From Candidatus Scalindua sp. (GTDB taxonomy: Bacteria; Planctomycetota; Brocadiia; Brocadiales; Scalinduaceae): a stretch of DNA of 32,000 nt. The stretch lies in NCBI GenBank assembly GCA_031316235.1, contig JALDRA010000001.1, forward strand, positions 3,000,001 to 3,032,000, given 5' to 3'. Below, in pieces: positions 8,023 through 16,232 of this stretch (positions are counted from its first letter, which is position 1; every line of letters starts with the position of its first letter). The notes under the pieces are model-generated. The model did not search any database. It worked only from the letters and a program-made list of their open reading frames with translations, and was not told the origin of the DNA. Both the position numbers and the translations under genes were made by a program.

Positions 8023-9879
8023 CTACAACGAATCCTCTTCTTGTTTAAAAACCAACTTTTCCTGTTCGAAGCGTTCTGTAATCTCTTCCAGCGCTTCGTA
8101 CAGGTTGTTGATTTCGCTTCTGGTTTTCTTTACAGAGAGAGATAGTGCGGTGATGCTGTTTCCATCTTTTTCGTAGGACGCCTTTATGAGGGCTTCTGTG
8201 TCATTGTGAAGATGCTGTTCCAATTCGTCAATGGCTTTCTCGATCTTCTCTATCTTTTTTTTGTAAGGTGTGAGAGTTTTTGACCGTTTGGTAAAAAGTG
8301 CGGCACGCGCCTTTCTTGCATCCTTCTGGGTAATTGTCTTCTGAGGTTTTGCCTGTATACTGGCCACTTTCTTTCCGAGCGTAATGCTCTCCTGGTCGTC
8401 CCAGCCGATCTGGTCAAGGAACTTTGCGTATCCGCCATAAAAGAGAAATGCCTTGTCATCTTGAAAGACAATCAACTTGTTTGCAATCTTGTGAAGAATA
8501 TATTCATTGTGCGTTACCATGACTACGGCACCCTCAAAAGAGGTGATAGCCTCAATCATAGCATCGCATGATTGAAGGTCCAGATGATGTGTGGGTTCGT
8601 CAAGCAGGAGAAGGTTGGTTGGTGATACCAGTATTTTACCGAACAAGACTCTGCATTTCTCTCCTCCTGAGAGGACATGTATCTTCTTGAGGGCGCTATC
8701 CCCTGAAAACATCATCGCACCGCAGATATCCCTGACTTTTCTCCGTTCGAGAAATGGGTTACTCAGTGAAATCTCTTCCTCGATTGTCAGTGTGTCGTTG
8801 AGGGTTGCGGTATTGGCTTGTTCATAGTATCCGATTTCTGCTTGCGGGTGGTTTGTAATCTTGCCCTCAACAGGGGCTAATCCGCCTGCCAGCAGTTTCA
8901 AGAGAGTCGTTTTCCCTTTTCCGTTTTGGCCTATGATGCCGATCCTGTCTCGGCTCTCGATAGCAAGATCGAGGTCGCTAAACAAATAGGGAGGTCTGCC
9001 ATCGTAGGAGAATGCCACCTTGTGTACTTCCTGCACATACTTGGCTCGAAAAGCAGCGGAACCAAACGAGAATGAAAGGATAGGGATTTTATCCAGTTTC
9101 TTATTTATTTCCTGTTTTTCAAGGGTCTTGATCCTTGATTGTACCAGGCTCGCATGGCGTGCCTTTGCCCGGAAACTGTTAATGAACTGTTCTGCCTGCT
9201 TTCTCTTTTTCTCTTCGTTGAGACGCTCTTTTTCGTAAATTTCCTCTTCTTGGGCAATCCTCTCATAATACTCTTTTGTTGTACCCTGAATTTTTTTTAT
9301 CTTGGTCCGGTGGATGCCCATGATGTGTGTCGTCACCGTATCCATGAAACTCCTGTCATGGCTTATAATCATGATCTCATTTGGCCAGGAATTCAAAAAA
9401 TGTGTCAGCCAGCGGATAGAAATGATATCGAGAAAATTGGTGGGCTCATCAAGTAACAGTAAGTTTGGTTCGGAAACCAGGACTTTTGCCAGATTCAGGC
9501 GTATCTGGTAACCACCTGAGAATTCGGAGGGACTTCGATAGAAATCACCCTCTGAAAATCCAAGGCCTGAAAGGATCTTTTTGACCCTCCACTCTTCCTC
9601 TTTTTGATTCTCCTGCAGACCGCGACAGCCTTCTTCCAGGACTGTCGGCTTTGTAAAAGAGATATGCTGACTCAGATACCCAATGCGATAATCCTTTGGG
9701 ATCTTAATGGTACCCTCATCATAGTGTTCCTCGCCTGTGAGGAGCCGGAAAAGGGTTGTTTTCCCATGACCGTTTCTTCCTATGAGGCCAATTCGCTCAC
9801 GGGGGCTGAGACCAAAAGAGATGTGATTAAAGATGACGTGTCCGAAATACTGTTTACTGAGATTTTGTACAGAGATCAT
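8023..9879 (-). CDS. ABC-F family ATPase (Uup/YheS-like; two ABC cassettes, no TM domain, C-terminal coiled coil)
   Basis: There are two Walker A motifs (GRNGHGKTT, GQNGKGKTT), two signature motifs (FSGGYQIRL, LSGGEKCRV) and two Walker B motifs (LLLLDEPT twice). An inter-domain linker and a Lys/Glu-rich C-terminal coiled coil are present. The track ORF extends to 9972, but ABC-F proteins normally start at the MISVQNLSK-type N-terminus, which is the ATG at 9879. Confidence 0.9.
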   Translation of the reverse strand: MISVQNLSKQYFGHVIFNHISFGLSPRERIGLIGRNGHGKTTLFRLLTGEEHYDEGTIKIPKDYRIGYLSQHISFTKPTVLEEGCRGLQENQKEEEWRVKKILSGLGFSEGDFYRSPSEFSGGYQIRLNLAKVLVSEPNLLLLDEPTNFLDIISIRWLTHFLNSWPNEIMIISHDRSFMDTVTTHIMGIHRTKIKKIQGTTKEYYERIAQEEEIYEKERLNEEKKRKQAEQFINSFRAKARHASLVQSRIKTLEKQEINKKLDKIPILSFSFGSAAFRAKYVQEVHKVAFSYDGRPPYLFSDLDLAIESRDRIGIIGQNGKGKTTLLKLLAGGLAPVEGKITNHPQAEIGYYEQANTATLNDTLTIEEEISLSNPFLERRKVRDICGAMMFSGDSALKKIHVLSGGEKCRVLFGKILVSPTNLLLLDEPTHHLDLQSCDAMIEAITSFEGAVVMVTHNEYILHKIANKLIVFQDDKAFLFYGGYAKFLDQIGWDDQESITLGKKVASIQAKPQKTITQKDARKARAALFTKRSKTLTPYKKKIEKIEKAIDELEQHLHNDTEALIKASYEKDGNSITALSLSVKKTRSEINNLYEALEEITERFEQEKLVFKQEEDSL

Positions 9880-10185
9880 GAGCGTAAGACTGTTTGCGCA
9901 AAAGTGAAAGCTGTTCTTCCATAATGGTGCAATACCTTCATTCCATTTAAAACAACTAATGAATAGTAACATTTTGCCGTTGTAACAGCAAAAAGATTTC
10001 TCATAAAATGAACAACCGTCATTGATTACTCTTTACGGAGAATCTTGCAGAAACCGAAGTATTTTATAAAAAACTTGCTTAATTTTTCCATGGATTTATA
10101 ATCATACTCTGTGCTGAGTAGGAGTTGCATATGCCGCTATATTTTAACTTTACATGTCTTTGCTGATGAATCCATTATATTTATT

Positions 10186-10851
10186 ATGAAAAATTACTTA
10201 CCAAATGAACGCTTCCTGATTATCTGCTTTTTTCTCCTCTTCCTGGCATCGGTTTCGTGTGCAGACGCGGAGCAGGATACACTTCCTTCTCTCCCGGATG
10301 TTTCCGTGAAAGGAGAGCAGGACAGAGAAAAGAATGAAGCACCCGAACACGTGATCCTTCGCAGCTCATATAGAAACCTTTCCGCATCGCAGGTTGAGGC
10401 CATACCCTATAAAAACATTCGGAAATTGAAAAAATGGGGGTTTTATGGGAGCAGTACCCTTAAGCGGGATTATGTGGAAAAAACGATCATGGGTGACAAG
10501 GTCGTTATTGAGGCAACTACCGGACTAATGTGGCATCAATCAGGTTCAGAAAACAACACGAAATGGGAAAATGCGAAAAAATGGGTGCAGGAGTTAAACA
10601 GGAAAGGGTATGCGGGATACCAGGATTGGCGGCTGCCCACGGTAGACGAGGCGGTTTCTTTACTGGAATCAGATAGAAAGAGCAACAATCTCTACATTGC
10701 CCCCATTTTTGATAAGAATCAGCTATATATCTGGACAGGAGACGGCTTTCTAGAATATTCAGCGTGGGTCATTTCCTTTCGCAGTGCACTGGTAACCTGG
10801 AGTGACAGTACGTATCGCAACTACGTCCGTCCGGTACGCACTATTCAATGA
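10186..10851 (+). CDS. Secreted DUF1566 (Lcl C-terminal domain-like) protein
   Basis: The internal ATG at 10186 gives a signal peptide (MKNYLPNERFLIICFFLLFLASVSCADA). The characteristic DUF1566 core is present (GLMWHQ...W..A..WV..LN..GYAGYQDWRLPTVDEAVSLLE). The track start at 10111 is a GTG that would add a non-signal extension. Confidence 0.8.
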   Translation: MKNYLPNERFLIICFFLLFLASVSCADAEQDTLPSLPDVSVKGEQDREKNEAPEHVILRSSYRNLSASQVEAIPYKNIRKLKKWGFYGSSTLKRDYVEKTIMGDKVVIEATTGLMWHQSGSENNTKWENAKKWVQELNRKGYAGYQDWRLPTVDEAVSLLESDRKSNNLYIAPIFDKNQLYIWTGDGFLEYSAWVISFRSALVTWSDSTYRNYVRPVRTIQ

Positions 10852-10955
10852 TCCGGTACGTGAAAGCGGGACATGAGTGCATTTGCGACAATTTTATTAT
10901 ACATTAGTTTGGTATGATGCCATGCATACGCGCTGATATTGGAGAATAACGAAGA

Positions 10956-12323
10956 ATGGCCACAATACTACCGTTTCGAGGATTAAGGTATAATCCTGAA
11001 AAGATAGAGGATGTTTCAAAAGTGACAACACCTCCTTATGATGTAATCTCTGAAAATGAGAGAGATAGATTTTATGAACTTCATCCAAACTGCATAATCA
11101 GGCTCATACTGGGGAAAGATCTTCCTGGAGACGATCAATCGGTCAACAAGTATACAAGGGCTGCTGGATTTTTCGAAGAGTGGAGAAAAGGAGAAGTCCT
11201 CACACAGGATTCAGATCCTGCCATATACGTTTATGCCCAGCAGTTTACGTTGGAAAATAAAAGATATACCAGAAGGGGATTTGTCTCTTTGGTAAAATTA
11301 GAGGATTTTAAGACAGGCCATATCTACCCGCATGAACATACGCTCTCAAAACCAAAGGAAGACAGGATAAAGCTCATGCAGGCATGCGATGCGAATTTCA
11401 GTCAGGTATTTACCTTTTATGAAGATAAGGAAAGAAAGATATCTGAAATTCTATGCAATACGACTGGCGGTGATGCCGAGATGTGTGCGTCAGCAGAGAT
11501 CGATTTTGTTGATGTGTATGGTGTGAGGAATTTACTCTGGTGTATCAGGGACACAGAAGTTATTAATGAGATAACTGCATTGATGGAGGATAAGCCTCTG
11601 TTTATAGCGGATGGTCACCATCGATACGAAACAGCCCTTTATTACAGGGATATCAACAGAGATAATGAAGAGATGCAAAAACAAATAAAGCAGAGTGGTA
11701 CCGATGGGGGAATTGGTTCCCCCCTTGATTATGTAATGATGATGAATGTTGCAATGGAAGACAAGGGGCTTCAGATTTTACCAACGCATAGACTGGTCAG
11801 GAATATAGGAAAGCTGCAGCCTGACAAGATAAAACAATCCTTACTGGAAGTTTTTGAGATTGAGAATATGGGAAAGGATTGTGAAATAGATATGTTCACA
11901 AAGAGGCTCAGGGAGGAGAGGGTGTCTCACTCTTTTATTCTGTATATTGGTGAAGAGGATAAGGGGTTTTACTTGTTGACGGTACGAGATAAGGTACGGC
12001 TTCATCAAATCCTGGAAGGAAAACACGCTCACTGGAGGTCTATTGACACGGGAATATTGCATGGCTTTATCTTCGAAAAAATTCTGGGTATTAAAACTGA
12101 AGATATTGCAAAAACTGATTGCCTGAAATATATCCAGAGTGAAAGTGAGTCAATAGCAGCGGTAAATGAGGGTGAATATCAATTAGCATTTTTTCTGAAT
12201 CCGACAAGAATTGAGCAGATACGGGACATTGCCATTAAGAGGGATAAGATGCCGCCAAAATCAACGTATTTTTATCCTAAACTGATTACGGGGATAGTTC
12301 TTAGGCATATGATAGAAATTTAA
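10956..12323 (+). CDS. DUF1015 family protein (function unknown)
   Basis: The ORF encodes 455 aa. The N-terminus is the typical DUF1015 opening (MATILPFRGLRYNPEKI...VTTPPYDVIS), followed by FIADGHHRYETAL. Confidence 0.85.
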   Translation: MATILPFRGLRYNPEKIEDVSKVTTPPYDVISENERDRFYELHPNCIIRLILGKDLPGDDQSVNKYTRAAGFFEEWRKGEVLTQDSDPAIYVYAQQFTLENKRYTRRGFVSLVKLEDFKTGHIYPHEHTLSKPKEDRIKLMQACDANFSQVFTFYEDKERKISEILCNTTGGDAEMCASAEIDFVDVYGVRNLLWCIRDTEVINEITALMEDKPLFIADGHHRYETALYYRDINRDNEEMQKQIKQSGTDGGIGSPLDYVMMMNVAMEDKGLQILPTHRLVRNIGKLQPDKIKQSLLEVFEIENMGKDCEIDMFTKRLREERVSHSFILYIGEEDKGFYLLTVRDKVRLHQILEGKHAHWRSIDTGILHGFIFEKILGIKTEDIAKTDCLKYIQSESESIAAVNEGEYQLAFFLNPTRIEQIRDIAIKRDKMPPKSTYFYPKLITGIVLRHMIEI

Positions 12324-12344
12324 CCCGTTGAGTAGAATATTTTA

Positions 12345-12373
12345 TTGACTTTGCATTTAATATGAGCTAGGAT
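12345..12373 (+). promoter_or_regulatory. Putative sigma70-type promoter of the riboswitch-controlled operon
   Basis: TTGACT (12345-12350), a 17-nt spacer, then TAGGAT (12368-12373). It lies about 15 nt upstream of riboswitch helix P1. Confidence 0.45.
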
Positions 12374-12388
12374 ACTTCAAAATTAAGA

Positions 12389-12493
12389 CTTATCTAGAGT
12401 GGTGGAGGGATCGGCCCTGAGAAACCACAGCAACCGATTTCTGCGTAATGCGGGAATATCGGTGCTAATTCCTACCTGATAGGGAAAGATAAG
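12389..12493 (+). promoter_or_regulatory. SAM-I (S-box) riboswitch aptamer
   Basis: CTTATCTAGAGTGGTGGAGGGATCGGCCCTGAGAAACCACAGCAACCGATTT...ATCGGTGCTAATTCCTACCTGATAGGGAAAGATAAG carries all the conserved S-box blocks: GGUGGAGGGA, GGCCC, GAxAAACC, GCAACC, GGUGCUAAUUCC and the P1 closing strand AGAUAAG. Confidence 0.95.
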
Positions 12494-12500
12494 ATTAGGA

Positions 12501-12543
12501 AAAAAGCCTCTTCTTATCTTTATTGTAAGAAGAGGCTTTTTTT
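12501..12543 (+). terminator. Riboswitch expression-platform intrinsic terminator
   Basis: A 12-bp stem (AGCCTCTTCTTA, 12505-12516, pairing with TAAGAAGAGGCT, 12526-12537) is followed by a T7 run. The CTTATCT in the 5' arm can alternatively pair with the P1 3' strand AGATAAG. This is the classic antiterminator/terminator logic and implies an OFF switch when SAM is bound. Confidence 0.9.
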
Positions 12544-12557
12544 GTATTGGAGGTAAA

Positions 12558-13805
12558 ATGGGTTTTGTCAAAGGACTTAAATGCAGGGAATGTGGAAAAG
12601 ACTATCCGAAGGAACCAATTCATGTTTGCAGCTTCTGTTTTGGTCCCCTGGAGGTTGATTACGAGTACGATGAAATAGGGAAAGTGATAAGTCGGGAGCT
12701 GATTGAGGCTCGAAAACCAACTATGTGGAGGTACAAAGAGCTCTTACCTCTGGATAGTGAACCGACAGTTGGTGCACAAGTTGGCTTTACTCCATTAGTA
12801 AGAGCTGATAATTTAGCGAGAAAACTCGGGGTAGATGAGCTCTATGTGAAAAATGACTCTGTTAACTTTCCCACATTTTCTTTCAAGGACAGAGTAGTTT
12901 CCGCTGCCCTTTCAAAAGCCAAGGAGTTTGGTTTTAAGACTGTGGCTTGTGCAACGACGGGTAATCTGGGAAACTCTGTTGCTGCGCAGGCGGTTCAGGG
13001 AAATCTGGAGAGCTATATCATCATGCCTGCCAATCTGGAGCAGGGAAAGGTGCTCGGCACCTCTATTTACGGGACAAATGTTATCGGCATAAACGGTGGT
13101 AATTATGATGGTGTGAACAGGTTGTGCTCTGAAATTTCAGATAAGTATGGCTGGGCATTTGCAAATATCAATCTCCGCCCGTTTTACGCTGAAGGTTCAA
13201 AGACCTACGGCTATGAGATTGTGGAACAGCTTGGCTGGAAAGCTCCAAAGCACGTGGTAGTGCCTATGGCCGGTGGTTCACTGATCATCAAAATAGGGAA
13301 AGCGATAAAGGAGTTTGAGAAACTAGGTTTGATTAATGGTTCAGATACGAAACTTTATGGTGCACAGGCTTCAGGATCCTCACCGATTTCAACTGCAGTG
13401 AAAAATGGAAGTGAATTTATTAAGCCGGTTAAACCCGATACAATAGCGCACTCTATTGCCATTGGGAATCCTGCGGATGGTTATTATTCCATAAAGGCAA
13501 TTCATAATAGCGGTGGCTGGGCTGAAGATGTTACTGATGATGAGTTAATCGAGGGGATAAAGCTCCTTGCCTCAACAGAAGGGATATTTACCGAGACTGC
13601 GGGTGGTGTAACCGTGGCCGTTACAAAAAAACTTCTGGAACAGGAAAGGATACCAAGGAACGAGTCAATCGTAATTTGTATTACGGGGAACGGCCTTAAA
13701 ACGCAGGAGGCGGTTTTGGGCAGGGTAAAACAACCCAGTATTATCAAACCTACTTTAGAAGATTTTGTCGCATTTATGGAGAAGAAAGAGTGTCTGGCCG
13801 TGTGA
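12558..13805 (+). CDS. Threonine synthase homologue (PLP fold type II) with an N-terminal zinc ribbon; candidate O-phosphohomoserine-dependent homocysteine synthase
   Basis: The ORF encodes 415 aa. The N-terminus is a Cys4 ribbon (CRECGKDY...CSFCFGPLEV). The PLP-lysine motif is TFSFKDR, and the glycine loop is GNLGNS...MAGGS. A GGAGG Shine-Dalgarno sequence is present. The gene lies directly downstream of the SAM riboswitch. Confidence 0.85.
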   Translation: MGFVKGLKCRECGKDYPKEPIHVCSFCFGPLEVDYEYDEIGKVISRELIEARKPTMWRYKELLPLDSEPTVGAQVGFTPLVRADNLARKLGVDELYVKNDSVNFPTFSFKDRVVSAALSKAKEFGFKTVACATTGNLGNSVAAQAVQGNLESYIIMPANLEQGKVLGTSIYGTNVIGINGGNYDGVNRLCSEISDKYGWAFANINLRPFYAEGSKTYGYEIVEQLGWKAPKHVVVPMAGGSLIIKIGKAIKEFEKLGLINGSDTKLYGAQASGSSPISTAVKNGSEFIKPVKPDTIAHSIAIGNPADGYYSIKAIHNSGGWAEDVTDDELIEGIKLLASTEGIFTETAGGVTVAVTKKLLEQERIPRNESIVICITGNGLKTQEAVLGRVKQPSIIKPTLEDFVAFMEKKECLAV

Positions 13806-14042
13806 GGTTTCGTTGGTAATGTATCTCTTGTCTGGGCAAGAGGGTAAACAGCGAATGTACTCCAGGGTAGTAGCAACTGAAATAATAAGAGTTCAAGACC
13901 CGATAATCCGTCTGCGTCGTGCAGGCGGAATCCTTGGGGATATATAGACTATGAACAATCTTTGCTCCTGACGGCAAAGCAAGTGTTTTTCATGTAACTA
14001 TTTCCTGTTTAGAATTTTAATTCAGAAGAAAGAGGTAATACC

Positions 14043-14330
14043 ATGGCCGTAAAAGTAAGAATTCCAACTCCTTTAAGGTCTTTAACCAATGGCTCCGATG
14101 AAGTTTCTGTAGAGGGAAATACCATTAAAGAGGTAGTGGATAATCTTGAATCAAGCTATCGAGGAATTAAAGAAAGAATTTGCGATGAGAACGGTCAAAT
14201 CAGAAAATTCATTAACTTCTATGTCAATGAAGAGGACATCAGGTTCCTGAACAACCAGGAAACACCGGTTAAGGACGGCGACCAGATATCGATAGTACCT
14301 GCCATAGCAGGAGGCACTGCTTTGTGCTGA
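14043..14330 (+). CDS. CysO/MoaD/ThiS-family ubiquitin-like sulfur carrier protein with a C-terminal extension after the GG motif
   Basis: The ORF encodes 95 aa. The layout closely parallels mycobacterial CysO as I remember it: V.IPT.LR, G...V...G.T, NLE..Y.GI.ERI, F.N.YVN.EDIRF, DGD.I.I.PA.AGG. It ends ...VPAIAGG-TALC. An AAGAGG Shine-Dalgarno sequence is present. Confidence 0.85.
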   Translation: MAVKVRIPTPLRSLTNGSDEVSVEGNTIKEVVDNLESSYRGIKERICDENGQIRKFINFYVNEEDIRFLNNQETPVKDGDQISIVPAIAGGTALC

Positions 14331-14670
14331 AAGCTTCAACCCTGTTTGTTGTATCTGCTTATTAGTTTCTGTACATAAAAATTTTTGAAATGTACAGGGA
14401 CGACCATGTCTGGCATGAAAGGGAGCAAAATTTCCAGCATCGAAACCTTAATTCTGCCTGGAAAGCCCGTAAAAACTTCGGGAAAGGTATGAACGGGATT
14501 TCAACGGGTCAATGATGGCGGAGAAAAACAGCATGGAAGGGTGTTTTGCATGATAAGAAATACCTGCAGGAAAGGACTTTGCCGGGTCGGGAATCAATTG
14601 CGGATTTAACAGGTAAGCTGCTACTGTTTTTTTTACATATAGTACTCACTCCCTTAATGCTGAATAGGTT

Positions 14671-15363
14671 TTATTGAAAAAATGTAGTCAGTTCTCTTGG
14701 TACGCATATGTCTGTTACGATTAATTCACCCGTACATTCCAATCCGCCCTCATGAAAAAAACCCGTTTTTGGCGCGACAAAAGTAACAGTCTTTGCAGCT
14801 TTGACGGCAGCGCCTAACTCAGTTCCTTCATCGCAATCCAGCCCCGAGGGTATGTCGACAGATACCACCGGTATATTTGTGGCATTTATTTTCCTGATAA
14901 GTGTTCTGATCGGTTCCCTAACTTCGCCCCGTAAGCCGGTACCAAAGATTGCATCGACGATAACGGTACTCCTTTGAAGTTCTTTTTCTGCACCTTCAAT
15001 ATCATGGAGGTTTCGTAACTCTTTTACCTCGATCTTCATATTCAGTAAAATCATCAGGTTTTTCCCGGCATCACCATCTGATAAAGCATGAGCAATATTG
15101 GTGGTTAGATATACGGAAATGTTTACATTCTTGTTATAAAGATGTCGAGCTGTTACAAATCCATCCCCGCCATTATTACCTTTTCCGCAAAAAATTGTTA
15201 CCTTGGCCATGTTCGGCTCATCCAACATCTTCATAATTTCTTCGGCTACGTTTCTGCCGGCGTTTTCCATTAAGATTATGCCCGGGATACCGTATTCTTC
15301 GATAGCTTTTCGATCAATCTCTCTTATTTCATCCCGTTTCAGAGCCTTTCGCTTTTCAGGCAT
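14671..15363 (-). CDS. nnrE: NAD(P)H-hydrate epimerase (YjeF N-terminal domain only)
   Basis: The motifs present are LMENAGRNVAEEI, the FCGKGNNGGDGFVTARHL loop, and DAIFGTGL...VVSVDIPSGLD. The likely start is the ATG at 15363 (MPEKRK...). The track ORF adds 11 residues, reaching 15396. Confidence 0.88.
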   Translation of the reverse strand: MPEKRKALKRDEIREIDRKAIEEYGIPGIILMENAGRNVAEEIMKMLDEPNMAKVTIFCGKGNNGGDGFVTARHLYNKNVNISVYLTTNIAHALSDGDAGKNLMILLNMKIEVKELRNLHDIEGAEKELQRSTVIVDAIFGTGLRGEVREPIRTLIRKINATNIPVVSVDIPSGLDCDEGTELGAAVKAAKTVTFVAPKTGFFHEGGLECTGELIVTDICVPRELTTFFQ

Positions 15364-15751
15364 TATAAAACCTTTAATTAAATGGTTACAAAACAATCGA
15401 AAAAAGTTTTTTTCAGAGTTCTGGCATAACCTTCTCGTAAAGAAAATGTTTGTTCCTTAGGTCTGATAAGTTAATCATCTCTATTGCGTTACAGTTTAAA
15501 CAGATACTGTCTGGCGTTACCTAAACAGCCTTAGTGCAAACACGGGGGGGGGAGCACTCGTTAGGGGTGTGAAACCTACAATAACAGGTTAGAAAGAGAA
15601 TGACAATGAAAAAGCGTAAATGGCAGTGTCGAAAAGAGTAATTACTCCATTTACGAAACGCTTTACGGAGTTATTTAGTCAATTTTCACGGATAAGACAA
15701 TAAGAAATTGCAGCGCTCTATTCCCAACACGGAGGATGAGGATTCAACTAC

Positions 15752-15783
15752 AACAGGTGAAAGCGTTCACCTGTTTGTTTTCG
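15752..15783 (+). terminator. Orphan rho-independent terminator on the plus strand
   Basis: A 10-bp perfect stem (AACAGGTGAA, loop AGCG, TTCACCTGTT) is followed by TGTTTTCG. No annotated plus-strand gene lies upstream of it for 1.4 kb. Confidence 0.6.
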
Positions 15784-15866
15784 TCTCAGGGTGAAGGAGA
15801 TTCTTCGTTTGCCGGATATGACCATGGGAGGGTACATTCTCAGCCTGCTTCCGGGGTAAAAACAAC

Positions 15867-15895
15867 TTGACGATGAATTTTAATTTATTTAAAAT
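15867..15895 (+). promoter_or_regulatory. Putative sigma70-type promoter facing the zinc-ribbon gene
   Basis: TTGACG (15867-15872), a 17-nt AT-rich spacer, then TAAAAT (15890-15895). This is the same architecture as the queD promoter candidate at 27099. Confidence 0.5.
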
Positions 15896-16037
15896 GGAGA
15901 GTAAGGTTTGCCTGTCTAAATTTTGTAAAATCTGATAGATTGTACAGATACATGGAGGGTTGGTTGAAACCACCTGATTTATAAGGTTTCAGGCAGGTTT
16001 TTACAGAGTAAGAACTTTGGAGCGATGAGTAGTTTCG

Positions 16038-16150
16038 TATATACTGAAACCAGATCCTGGTGAAGGTATCCCCGGACAAAAAGCGCCGAGGACTTTACTC
16101 ACTCAATTTTATCTCGGATTTTATCCAAAATCCAGTATGAGATGAGTATA
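16038..16150 (-). repeat. Copy D of the structured repeat; carries a 27-nt insertion and lacks the core of the 3' hairpin
   Basis: The reverse complement reads TATACTCATCTCATACTGGATTTTGGATAAAATCCGAGATAAAATTGAGTGAGTA[AAGTCCTCGGCGCTTTTTGTCCGGGGA]TACCTTCACCAGGATCTGGTTT-CAGTATATA. The 5' module is identical to copy E. Confidence 0.85.
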
Positions 16151-16232
16151 TCAAATTCATACTAACAGGGTGGTAAGCTTGTAAGTCTTTATATTTTCAG
16201 TACCATTAATTTTCTTTAAGGGACGGTGTAAA

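Noticed and set aside
12383-12571. 62-aa minus-strand ORF
   Set aside because: It lies entirely over the SAM-I riboswitch and its terminator.
14406-14492. 28-codon plus-strand ORF (MSGMKGSKISSIETLILPGKPVKTSGKV) and the CTGTACAT...ATGTACAG hairpin downstream of the sulfur-carrier gene
   Set aside because: There is no Shine-Dalgarno sequence, conservation cannot be assessed, and the hairpin lacks a T-tract. It is noted only as unexplained intergenic sequence.
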